Positions 40,787 to 49,237 of a stretch of DNA of 64,000 nt are shown in pieces. Made by a program: the position numbers and the translations under genes. Numbering within the stretch: position 1 is the first letter of the stretch; each line of letters begins with the position of its first letter. Below the pieces are notes generated by a model. It was not told the origin of the DNA. It worked only from the letters and a program-made list of their open reading frames with translations, and did no database searches. This DNA is from an uncultured Clostridium sp. (lineage in GTDB: Bacteria > Bacillota > Clostridia > TANB77 > CAG-508): the NCBI GenBank assembly GCA_948465565.1, contig CAOJXR010000008.1, positions 778 through 64,777 of the forward strand. The letters run 5' to 3'.

Positions 40787-40906
40787 TGACCATTTATTGT
40801 TATGTTTTAGAACTGTTTTAATTATACCAGATTTATGGCTAAAATGCAACTTTATGTAAATTTTAGAAATTATTCATAAATAGCTTTTCAATAATAACTC
40901 TTTCAA

Positions 40907-40946
40907 TTAATAAAATAAAAAGATGAATTGCTTTTATTTTAACAAT
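40907..40946. terminator. bidirectional rho-independent terminator after the tandem-OB gene
   Basis: 14-bp perfect stem AAAAAGATGAATTG/CAATTCATCTTTTT with a 12-nt loop. Confidence 0.75.
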
Positions 40947-40975
40947 TCATCTTTTTATTTTATACTTATCTAAAA

Positions 40976-41656
40976 TTATCCAACATTTTCTGCTGGTGTT
41001 TCATTTTTGTCTATTATCTCCATGCTTGAGATTGAAACTTCGTATGCAACTCTTACTTCTGATGTTCCATCTTCAAATTTCTTTTCATATTTTCTGCTCT
41101 GAACTCTACCTACTATTTTTACTTCAGTTCCTACTTCTAAGTTTTGACAGAATCTTGCATTTCTTCCCCAAGCTATGCAAGGTATGTAATCACTCTTGTT
41201 ATATGCTCTATTTACTGCTAGTAACAAGTCTGCTATTTCTCTATCAAATGGTGTTTGTCTGTATATTGGCTTTTTACAAACATATCCTGATAGTACAACT
41301 TCATTTGTTACAGTTTCTTTCTTTTCTTCATCTTCTTGCTCTTCCTCGTTATCTACTACTTCTATAATGTCCTTAGCAAATACAGTTAATATTAATTTGT
41401 TTCTTTCATTTTGGTAACTGTTATATGATCTAAATTGTCCTTCAACAGCTAACTTCTTTCCAATTTCTAAGTTAAGATTTGTTAATAATCTTTCTGATAC
41501 TGTAATTGGTATAACGTCAATTGCTTTACTTAATCTAGGCACTTCTAAATCAAATATGTAAAATTTCTCTCCATATATTTCATGACTATATGTTTTATCG
41601 CTTGTAACTTTTCCCACTAATACTAAATGGTTATTTTCTAATAAATTTGTAACCAC
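40976..41656 (-). CDS. tandem OB-fold, SSB-like protein
   Basis: Two SSB-like OB modules (LVGKV...GQFRSYN and LSGYVCK...IAWGRNA...GRVQSRKY) are separated by an acidic EEEQEDEEKK linker. There is no canonical SSB acidic tip. Confidence 0.55.
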   Translation of the reverse strand: MVTNLLENNHLVLVGKVTSDKTYSHEIYGEKFYIFDLEVPRLSKAIDVIPITVSERLLTNLNLEIGKKLAVEGQFRSYNSYQNERNKLILTVFAKDIIEVVDNEEEQEDEEKKETVTNEVVLSGYVCKKPIYRQTPFDREIADLLLAVNRAYNKSDYIPCIAWGRNARFCQNLEVGTEVKIVGRVQSRKYEKKFEDGTSEVRVAYEVSISSMEIIDKNETPAENVG

Positions 41657-41769
41657 TATTTTTTCCTCCTTATTTTATCTATAGTATTTTACAACTTTTT
41701 TTGCTTTGTTTTTCTCGTATAAACAAGTCTATTATAGCACAAATTTCCAACCTTGTCTACATAAAAACT

Positions 41770-42234
41770 TTATATTTTTTCCAAAATTTCTAAAATTTTC
41801 AGTGATATTGCTAAATATATATGATTTTTCTCTAAATTATTTTGTAATTTTATTTCTTGGCACTCGATTTTTTCTCCTTTTAGGTTGTTTATTTCTCTTT
41901 GAATTTCTAATATTATTTCATCATTTTCATTACTTACTATTGTTATACTTGATTTTCTATTAAATCCATATGTTATTATTGTAGTTTCTGAAATGTCAAT
42001 TCCTTCAAGTAATTTTAAATTTTCTTTTATATCTGTATTTATTACTAAGTATTTACATGTGCTTATTAATTGCTTTATATTCTCATTTTGCTTTGTTTCT
42101 TGATATATTATTACTATATCAAATTTTACATTCTTCATATTTTCTATTGATTTTTCATTTATTACTATAATATTTAATTTATTCTCCAATTCAATTATAT
42201 TACTTGAATTTGTAATTATTCCAACAACAGACAT
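41770..42234 (-). CDS. hypothetical protein
   Basis: 154 aa ORF with no recognised motif. Confidence 0.4.
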   Translation of the reverse strand: MSVVGIITNSSNIIELENKLNIIVINEKSIENMKNVKFDIVIIYQETKQNENIKQLISTCKYLVINTDIKENLKLLEGIDISETTIITYGFNRKSSITIVSNENDEIILEIQREINNLKGEKIECQEIKLQNNLEKNHIYLAISLKILEILEKI

Positions 42235-42343
42235 TTTTATATACCTCTACTTTTAGAATTATATGCTTCTTTTTCACATTTTATCCTTTTTTCTCATACG
42301 ATATACTAAGCGAAAGCAAAAATTATGTAAAGGATGATTTTTT

Positions 42344-42787
42344 ATGGAAATAGACAAAAATGTATGTCCAGTTGTTAGTGTGGACGGATTTATTGAAAAA
42401 GGAAAACAGTTTGATATGGAAATTATTGTTCCTGAAGATGACAGAAACGTAATTTATGGCGTATTAAAGAATAAACATGGTGAGCCAATCCAAGATGCTG
42501 TTATAAAACTAATTGAAGTTGTTAGAGAAGATTGTGGTATGGAAGATAGACGTCCAGTTTCTCATACTTTCTCTGATAAAAATGGAGAATTTGTATTTGG
42601 TCCTCTTTGTCCAGATAAGTTCTATGAAATACAAATTTGGTGTGATAAAGTAAAACACGTTAAAATTTGTGATGAGTGTTCTTTTGAAAAAAGAAGATGC
42701 TTAAAAGGTACTAAATTAGATCCTTGTAAGCACAATCATTTTCCTTGTGAACCAGAATTCCCATGTGATTGTGATTGCCACAAATAA
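42344..42787 (+). CDS. hypothetical protein with prealbumin/carboxypeptidase-regulatory-like core and a Cys/His-rich tail
   Basis: The only + strand gene for many kb. DAVIKLIEV...FSDKNGEFVFGPL pattern; the tail is CDEC...C...C...CEPEFPCDCDCHK. A terminator follows. Confidence 0.5.
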   Translation: MEIDKNVCPVVSVDGFIEKGKQFDMEIIVPEDDRNVIYGVLKNKHGEPIQDAVIKLIEVVREDCGMEDRRPVSHTFSDKNGEFVFGPLCPDKFYEIQIWCDKVKHVKICDECSFEKRRCLKGTKLDPCKHNHFPCEPEFPCDCDCHK

Positions 42788-42794
42788 TTCTATG

Positions 42795-42823
42795 AAAGCC
42801 TACTAATATGTAGGCTTTTCTTT
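42795..42823 (+). terminator. rho-independent terminator
   Basis: AAAGCCTAC-taatat-GTAGGCTTT followed by a T-rich run. Confidence 0.75.
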
Positions 42824-42861
42824 ATGTTATCTGTTTTTTGAAAAGTTCGCTGCTCTGCTTT

Positions 42862-43005
42862 TTACATCATTCCCATTTTTCTTGCAAATTGTCTACCTTT
42901 TTTTATCATTTTGTTTTTAGTATTTTTGTTCATATCTTTATATACCATCATTGCTGCAGCTGTTGCCATTGAGCCCATTATTGCACCTTTTAAAAATTTC
43001 ATCAT
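42862..43005 (-). CDS. small (47 aa) Met/Ala/Lys-rich protein
   Basis: Not in the ORF track. Hand translation gives MMKFLKGAIMGSMATAAAMMVYKDMNKNTKNKMIKKGRQFARKMGMM. A GGAGGG RBS lies 4-5 nt upstream. Confidence 0.45.
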   Translation of the reverse strand: MMKFLKGAIMGSMATAAAMMVYKDMNKNTKNKMIKKGRQFARKMGMM

Positions 43006-43017
43006 TTTCCCTCCTAT

Positions 43018-43410
43018 TTATTTTTTTATACCTTTATTATTTGCTTTTTTATTTTTAGTATACGAACTATATATTTCATATATTTGAAAAAAAGCTATAA
43101 ATAGTAAGAATATTCCAAACACTTTTTTTAATTTTAAATCAGGTAAATAATTTGATATAAGACTTCCTATAAAAGCTCCAATTACTCCATATATTATTAT
43201 GTCTTTTGATACTTTCCAGTTTATCTTTTTGTTTTTTATATTCATAATTATTGCTGTTATTGAAGTTGGAACAAAAAACACTAAGTTTGTAGCTTGTGCT
43301 ATATGTTGTTCTGTATTTAAAAATATTGATAGAAGCAATATAAGTATTGTTCCTCCACCCATTCCTAGGCTGCTTACTATCCCTGATACTAGTCCAAATA
43401 TGATTTCCAT
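43018..43410 (-). CDS. TauE/SafE (TSUP) permease, C-terminal half
   Basis: 4 TM with the GMGGGTILILLL motif. It is in the same reading frame as the upstream half and separated from it only by TAA-AAT. Confidence 0.7.
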   Translation of the reverse strand: MEIIFGLVSGIVSSLGMGGGTILILLLSIFLNTEQHIAQATNLVFFVPTSITAIIMNIKNKKINWKVSKDIIIYGVIGAFIGSLISNYLPDLKLKKVFGIFLLFIAFFQIYEIYSSYTKNKKANNKGIKK

Positions 43411-43413
43411 ATT

Positions 43414-43755
43414 TTAAATCACCATTCTTATCGATACATATAATAGGAATATTGTAAATAATATGTTTAAAATTTTATTATTAAGTTTTTTTAGCAAAAT
43501 TGAGCCTATTATTCCTCCTATTACTCCTCCTATTGCACTTTTTATTCCAATATTCCAATCTATATATTGATTTTTCATATATATAATGCAACTAGTTACT
43601 ACTAATGGTAATATACAAAATATTGATGTTGCTCTTGCTTCTTTTGTTTCCATTTTATTTATGTGCATAAATGCTGGTACTAGTATCATTCCTCCACCAG
43701 CTCCAAATAGTCCACTTACTATTCCTGATATGAATCCAATTATTTTATTTTTCAT
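43414..43755 (-). CDS. TauE/SafE (TSUP) permease, N-terminal half
   Basis: 4 TM with the GAGGGMILVPAF motif. It ends with the TAA at 43414-43416, in frame with the next ORF. Confidence 0.7.
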   Translation of the reverse strand: MKNKIIGFISGIVSGLFGAGGGMILVPAFMHINKMETKEARATSIFCILPLVVTSCIIYMKNQYIDWNIGIKSAIGGVIGGIIGSILLKKLNNKILNILFTIFLLYVSIRMVI

Positions 43756-43808
43756 GTTATTATTTTTGTAAATAATTTGAAAATTTATACATTTAAATAT
43801 ATATTATT

Positions 43809-43837
43809 TGTAACATTTTCAATTTTGGCTCGTCTAA
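43809..43837 (+). promoter_or_regulatory. ECF-type (autoregulatory) promoter
   Basis: TGTAAC, 16 nt, CGTCTAA. This matches the general ECF -35 (G)AAC / -10 CGTC pattern and lies about 25 nt upstream of the sigma gene start. Confidence 0.6.
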
Positions 43838-43857
43838 TTATTAAAGGAGCAAAACAT

Positions 43858-44346
43858 ATGAAAAATATCGAAGAAATTTATACAGAATACTTTGACATGA
43901 TTTATAGATATTTACTTTGCTTGACTAAAAATGATGATTTGGCTGAAGAACTTGCTCAAGAAACTTTTTATAAAGCAATTGTAAAAATCAATACTTTTAG
44001 AGAAGATTCAAAAATATCTACTTGGCTTTGCAAGATTGCTCAAAATCTTTGGTATGATGAGATAAGAAAGCATAAGAAAAGTACTCTTAATATAGAAGAA
44101 ATTGTATTTCTTATTTCTGATGAAGATATTGAACATAAACTTATTTCAAATGAATAAAAAAATATTTTAAATTCTAAAATTGATTCTCTTGATTTGATGA
44201 CTAAAAAGGTGATTGAACTTAGAATTCATGGTAATCTTAAATTTAAGGATATTGGGGCAATCTTCGGAAAAACTGAAAATTGGGCTCGTACTACTTTTTA
44301 TAGAGGTAAAATTAAATTGAAGGAAGGTGATTGTGATGAAAAATAA
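43858..44346 (+). pseudogene. ECF sigma-70 family factor with an in-frame TAA between regions 2 and 4
   Basis: Region 2 (YRYLLCLTKNDDLAEELAQETFYKA, WLCKIAQNLWYD) ends at the TAA at 44155-44157. The same frame continues into region 4 (LDLMTKKVIELRIHGNLKFKDIGAIFGKTENWARTTFYRGKIKLKE). The start at 43858 follows AAAGGAG. Confidence 0.75.
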
Positions 44347-45316
44347 AGATTGTGAATTAGTAAAAGATTTATTACCTAGTTATGTGGATGGTCTTACATC
44401 TGATGAAACAAATGAATTTATAGAGTCACATGTGAAAGAATGTCCTGAGTGTAAAGCTTTATTAAATGATATGAAAAGAGAAACTGTTGCAGCTGAAACT
44501 GTTAAGTCAAAGAAATTTGTTAAGTTTGCAAAAAAATATAAGAAAAAATTACGAATTTTAAAATTTATTATTTTCGTTTTCTTGTCTTTAATCGTTATTC
44601 ATTTAATAAGAAATTTTGTGATTGCATCTGATATTATGAATAAACTTTATACTACAATACAAAGTAATAATTATCATTATACGAGGTATTCGTTTGACCC
44701 TAATGGTGGTGCTACAAAAGAAGAATTTTACTTTAAAGATGGAAAATATTTATCTTTTTTAAATGTAATTAAGTTTAATGAAGAGTTTACATATCCTAAA
44801 TATTGGTATTATTATGATGGAACTCAGAAATTTACTTATTCTATTGATGAAATATCTAACATAAAATACTATACTACTAATGATTTGGAAAAACCATATC
44901 GTCCTATGTATATGGATATGTACTCTGAAATGTCTAAATTTCATTCAATATTAGGTCTTACTCTTTCTCCTTCGAGCATTAAAAAGTCAAACTGTAATGG
45001 AAAAGATTGTTATACTGTTGATTTATTTTCAAATGGTGATAACCTTACATTCTATGATAGAGATACTGGTTTCCCGGTTAGAGTTCTTTTGATGAATGCT
45101 GGTTATAGTCCTAATAATCCTGATTATATAAGACACAGTTCTGTTATGGATTTTTATATTGACTTGAACGTTGTTACTGATGATGATTTAATTGTTCCAA
45201 ATATTGAAGAATTTAAACCTTATGACGATGTAAAACCTGATATTGAGAAAGCATATTTTGATTACTATGTTGAAAATGATATTCCAATACCTGATGAATT
45301 AAAGTATTTATTATAA
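44336..45316 (+). CDS. anti-sigma factor (zf-HC2 N-terminus, one TM, extracytoplasmic domain)
   Basis: The ATG overlaps the sigma gene end. Contains an H-x3-C-x2-C motif (ESHVKECPECK), a TM helix (ILKFIIFVFLSLIVIHLI) and a roughly 240-aa outside domain. Confidence 0.75.
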   Translation: MKNKDCELVKDLLPSYVDGLTSDETNEFIESHVKECPECKALLNDMKRETVAAETVKSKKFVKFAKKYKKKLRILKFIIFVFLSLIVIHLIRNFVIASDIMNKLYTTIQSNNYHYTRYSFDPNGGATKEEFYFKDGKYLSFLNVIKFNEEFTYPKYWYYYDGTQKFTYSIDEISNIKYYTTNDLEKPYRPMYMDMYSEMSKFHSILGLTLSPSSIKKSNCNGKDCYTVDLFSNGDNLTFYDRDTGFPVRVLLMNAGYSPNNPDYIRHSSVMDFYIDLNVVTDDDLIVPNIEEFKPYDDVKPDIEKAYFDYYVENDIPIPDELKYLL

Positions 45317-45320
45317 TCAG

Positions 45321-45357
45321 AAAACACTGTAAGTATAAATTAACTTACAGTGTTTTT
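45321..45357. terminator. bidirectional terminator between the anti-sigma gene and rarA
   Basis: 14-bp perfect stem AAAACACTGTAAGT/ACTTACAGTGTTTT with an 8-nt loop. Confidence 0.8.
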
Positions 45358-45417
45358 ATAGCAGAACATTTCTCTGAACTTTCCTACTATATAATGGCTT
45401 CATCTAGCATTGTTCCT

Positions 45418-46683
45418 TTAGTTAAACTCATTAAATTTCTCTTCATGTATATTTTCATCTGGAATGTAGTATTTTGTTCCTACCATTTTATCTGGTAAGT
45501 ATTGTTGCTTGACCCAATGTCCTGGAAAATCGTGTGGATATTTGTATCCATCACCATATCCATGTGCTTGCATTCCTTCTGCTGGTGCGTTTCTTATGTG
45601 CATTGGTATAGTTCCTGTATCTTTGCTACTTACATCTGCTAATGCTCTATTTATTGCTAAATATGTTGCATTTGATTTTTTAGAATTTGCCACATATACT
45701 GCCGCTTCTGATAATATTATTCTTCCTTCTGGCATTCCTACCATTGTTACAGCTTGCATTGCTGATGTTGCTACTACTAGTGCTTGTGGGTTTGCTAGCC
45801 CAACATCTTCTGCCGCTGCTATTACTATTCTTCTTGCTAAAAATACTGGGTCTTCACCTGCGTCTATTGCTCTTGCTAGATAAAATACTGCTGCGTCTGG
45901 GTCACTCCCTCTCATTGATTTTATCATTGCACTAATATTGTCATAATGGCTGTCCCCGTTTTTATCGAACATTGATTTTTTCTTATTAAAGCTTTGTGCT
46001 GCTATTTCGTCTGTTATTTCTATTTCACCTTTGGCATTCATTTTGGTTGTTAATACTGCTATCTCTAGTCCATTTAGTGCGGTTCTAACATCTCCACCAG
46101 ATATTTCAGCTATTTTCTCAATAGTGTCTTCTGATATTTTTACATTATAATCTCCAAGTCCTTCTTTTGATGTTAATGCATTTTTTATTACTTTTATTAT
46201 ATCTTCTTTTTTTAGCGGTTCTAATTTTATTACCATTGACCTTGAGATTAGAGCTTTATTGACTTCAAAGTATGGATTTTCAGTTGTTGCTCCTATTAAT
46301 ATTACTGTTCCATCTTCCACATATGGCAACAGTGCATCTTGTTGCAATTTATTAAATCTATGAATTTCGTCTATAAATAAAATACATTTTCCTGATGGGT
46401 TCATTAAAAGGTTACTAGCCTCTGTTACTGCATTTTTTATCTCTGCAACTCCTGCTGTTACTGCATTTATTTTTTTAAACTTATATTTTGTTGTTTCACT
46501 TATTACTTTTGCAAGTGAAGTTTTTCCACATCCAGGAGGACCCCATAATATTATACTTGATAATCTGTCAGCTTTTATAGTTCTATATAATAATTTATCT
46601 TGTCCTACAATATGTTCTTGTCCTACAAACTCTTCTAATGTTTTTGGACGCATTCGGTAGGCTAGTGGTTGGTCTGTATTCAT
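45418..46683 (-). CDS. rarA: replication-associated recombination protein A (MgsA/RarA AAA+ ATPase)
   Basis: PLAYRMRPKTLEEFVGQEHIVG, GPPGCGKTS and FIDEIHRFNK. 421 aa. Confidence 0.93.
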   Translation of the reverse strand: MNTDQPLAYRMRPKTLEEFVGQEHIVGQDKLLYRTIKADRLSSIILWGPPGCGKTSLAKVISETTKYKFKKINAVTAGVAEIKNAVTEASNLLMNPSGKCILFIDEIHRFNKLQQDALLPYVEDGTVILIGATTENPYFEVNKALISRSMVIKLEPLKKEDIIKVIKNALTSKEGLGDYNVKISEDTIEKIAEISGGDVRTALNGLEIAVLTTKMNAKGEIEITDEIAAQSFNKKKSMFDKNGDSHYDNISAMIKSMRGSDPDAAVFYLARAIDAGEDPVFLARRIVIAAAEDVGLANPQALVVATSAMQAVTMVGMPEGRIILSEAAVYVANSKKSNATYLAINRALADVSSKDTGTIPMHIRNAPAEGMQAHGYGDGYKYPHDFPGHWVKQQYLPDKMVGTKYYIPDENIHEEKFNEFN

Positions 46684-46694
46684 GTTTTCTCCTT

Positions 46695-47291
46695 TTATCT
46701 TGATAAATATTTCAATGCTTCCTTAATAATATCTTCTGTTGATAAATTAGCAATTTTCATTTTCTTAAATGTTTTTGTTATATCATTCTTGTTATATCCG
46801 AGTATTTGAAGTGCTTGCATTGCTTCATCTGCTATTTCTGTGTCTACTACATTTTCTTCTGGTTCTTGAGATGTGTTAATTCCATCTTCTGTTTTTAATT
46901 TATCTTTTAATTCAAGCACTATTCTTTGGGCTGATTTGTTACCTATTCCAGGTATCTTCGTTAGTTTACTTATATCATTTGAAATTACTGCCAAAGCGAA
47001 TTGTGAAGCACTTATATGTGATAATGCTACAATTGCAGTTTTGGCCCCTATTCCACTGACTTGTAATAATAATTCAAACATTTTTAATTCTTCATTATTT
47101 AAGAAACCATACAAGCTTATATTGTCTTCTCTTACATGATAATGCGTATATACTTTTATTGTTTCTCCTAGCTCTCCAAGTTTTGATAAGCTTTGTTCTG
47201 ATATAAATATTCTGTACCCGATTCCTCCTGCATCTATTACTATTGAATCTTTTGTTTTCTCTTCTAATGTTCCTTTTATATATGCATACAT
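46695..47291 (-). CDS. ruvA: Holliday junction DNA helicase subunit RuvA
   Basis: MYAYIKGTLEEK...GGIGYRIFIS, an HhH pair (VSGIGAKTA, IPGIGNKSAQRI) and C-terminal domain III. Confidence 0.93.
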   Translation of the reverse strand: MYAYIKGTLEEKTKDSIVIDAGGIGYRIFISEQSLSKLGELGETIKVYTHYHVREDNISLYGFLNNEELKMFELLLQVSGIGAKTAIVALSHISASQFALAVISNDISKLTKIPGIGNKSAQRIVLELKDKLKTEDGINTSQEPEENVVDTEIADEAMQALQILGYNKNDITKTFKKMKIANLSTEDIIKEALKYLSR

Positions 47292-47356
47292 ATTTTTTCC
47301 TCCGTACCAAACAAATTTTCTTTATTCTATCACATATTTTATTTTTTGCAAGTGTT

Positions 47357-48223
47357 TTATGCTAAAATATATTGCATGTCCTCTTCTTTTAATTTCATTT
47401 GATTGTTCTTGTTTTCTTTTTCCAACTGCTTTAAGCTTTTTTCTGGCGTCGGTAAATCTTCTGGCATAGTTCCGCCATTTTTAGCAATTACTTCACGTAT
47501 ATTCTTTCCTATAGTATAATGCGTTTCGTTAGCTTCTTTTTCTGTTTTTATGTTGTCTTTTTTCAATTTTTGTTCTGTTTGGGAAATTCTAAATAAATTT
47601 GCAATAAGTTCATCACTTCCCATATTGTCTAAAATATCTTCTCTATATCTTAATCCTTTTCTTTTTGCAATATCATCAGCTGTCTCTCCATTGTATAATC
47701 CTTTATAACCATAATTATGAAATTTATCAAAGTTTTTAACCTCCGCATTTTTTGCTGTTTTATTAAGTGAGTAATTTCCTTTTCTAGTTAAATTTCTTTG
47801 GTAAAATCTTTTTTCATCTTCTGTTAATTCATTATATTCCTTTTCGCTTATTTCTTGTTTTCTAGTTTGTATTGCAAAATAAGTTTGTGCAAGAGCAATA
47901 ACTTTTTTTCTTGAATCTCCATTTTGTGCTATTAAATAACATGCATAACGAGTTAATTTGTAGTCTGCAATAATTACATTCGTATTATTAGCGCGTTTCG
48001 ACAACTTGTCGGCGCCGACAAAATGTTCAACTTCACTAATACCAGCATTTTTACACGCTTCTTTAGCTTTTTTAATTACTCCCTCAAATTTTCTCCATTC
48101 TTTATAATCTAGTACCAATTGTAGCTCCCTTGCATTCCAATACTCTATTCCATTTTCATCTACATGCTTTATATCCTCAAAAGTTCGATTATTATAATTT
48201 TCTTTTTCATCTAAATACTTCAT
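47357..48223 (-). CDS. DinD-like (DNA-damage-inducible protein D family) protein
   Basis: 288 aa. The N-terminal region (GIEYWNARELQLVLDYKEWRKF...KLTRYACYLIAQNGD) resembles the DinD / Bro-N-like fold. Family recall is moderate. Confidence 0.55.
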   Translation of the reverse strand: MKYLDEKENYNNRTFEDIKHVDENGIEYWNARELQLVLDYKEWRKFEGVIKKAKEACKNAGISEVEHFVGADKLSKRANNTNVIIADYKLTRYACYLIAQNGDSRKKVIALAQTYFAIQTRKQEISEKEYNELTEDEKRFYQRNLTRKGNYSLNKTAKNAEVKNFDKFHNYGYKGLYNGETADDIAKRKGLRYREDILDNMGSDELIANLFRISQTEQKLKKDNIKTEKEANETHYTIGKNIREVIAKNGGTMPEDLPTPEKSLKQLEKENKNNQMKLKEEDMQYILA

Positions 48224-48309
48224 TATTAATCATCTCCTTTTTTGAATTTTTATGCATTATATTACATCATTTTTTCAATTGCAATACTTTTGCGAAAGTT
48301 TGTTTGTTA

Positions 48310-49104
48310 TTATTCCATTAAATCATAAAAATTTTCGAACTTATATCCTTGTGCTTTTAAATACTGTATCGATTCCTTTAATACTGATGAGCTATCGCTT
48401 ACATCTTTTGTATCATGCATCAAAATTACTAATGTATTTTTATTTTTAGTCGACTTCTTTAAGTTTTCTAATAATTGTTGTTTACTATATTTTTTCATGG
48501 AATCATTGTTTAAACAATTCCAATCAATATATGTATAATTCATATCTTCAAGAAGTTTTGCTGCTTCTTTTTTATTTGATTTATTTTTCTTTGACATATA
48601 CCCATTTGGAAATCTAAACACGTGTGAACAATAGTCATCAATGCCAATGGCTTTTCCTATAGCTTCATCCGTCTTTTTTATTTCGTTTATAAAGCTTTCT
48701 TCACTTTTATATAGAGTTTTATTACTATGGTCATATCCATGGTTTGCTATATAATGTCCTTCATCATATGCTCTTTTTACAAGTTCTGGGCGCTCCTCTA
48801 CATACTTTCCTATAACAAAAAATGTAGCTTTTACGTCTTCTTCTTTTAAAATATCTAAAACTTTAGGGGTAGCACCTTTACTTGGTCCATCATCAAAAGT
48901 TAAATATGCAATTTTCTCATCACCTTTTGTTAAATTATTAATCCTCTCTTTAAAATCTTCTGATATTACACTGTTACAAGATAATTCTATTGCTAATGCT
49001 CCTTGATAGTTAACACTAAAATATGAAAGGATTACATATACAATTATCAATATTGCAAAACAAAGAATTAATGCTTTCTTTTTGGGTATTACAAATATTT
49101 TCAT
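48310..49104 (-). CDS. polysaccharide deacetylase (NodB homology domain), membrane anchored
   Basis: TM anchor, then YLTFDDGP, HGYDH, and LMHD near the C-terminus. Confidence 0.88.
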   Translation of the reverse strand: MKIFVIPKKKALILCFAILIIVYVILSYFSVNYQGALAIELSCNSVISEDFKERINNLTKGDEKIAYLTFDDGPSKGATPKVLDILKEEDVKATFFVIGKYVEERPELVKRAYDEGHYIANHGYDHSNKTLYKSEESFINEIKKTDEAIGKAIGIDDYCSHVFRFPNGYMSKKNKSNKKEAAKLLEDMNYTYIDWNCLNNDSMKKYSKQQLLENLKKSTKNKNTLVILMHDTKDVSDSSSVLKESIQYLKAQGYKFENFYDLME

Positions 49105-49237
49105 TTTAAATCACCTACTATTAGAAAATATGAACACTATCTTGTCAATATTCTATTGTTTATCAAATAAAACTTGTATTTTTCAGAAAATGTAATATAA
49201 TATTTACATTGATTACGTTTTAGGAAGGAAAATTTTT

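Noticed and set aside
47095-47310. 71-aa Arg/Lys-rich ORF overlapping the ruvA 5' end
   Set aside because: It is an out-of-frame overlap with ruvA, low complexity, and has no RBS.
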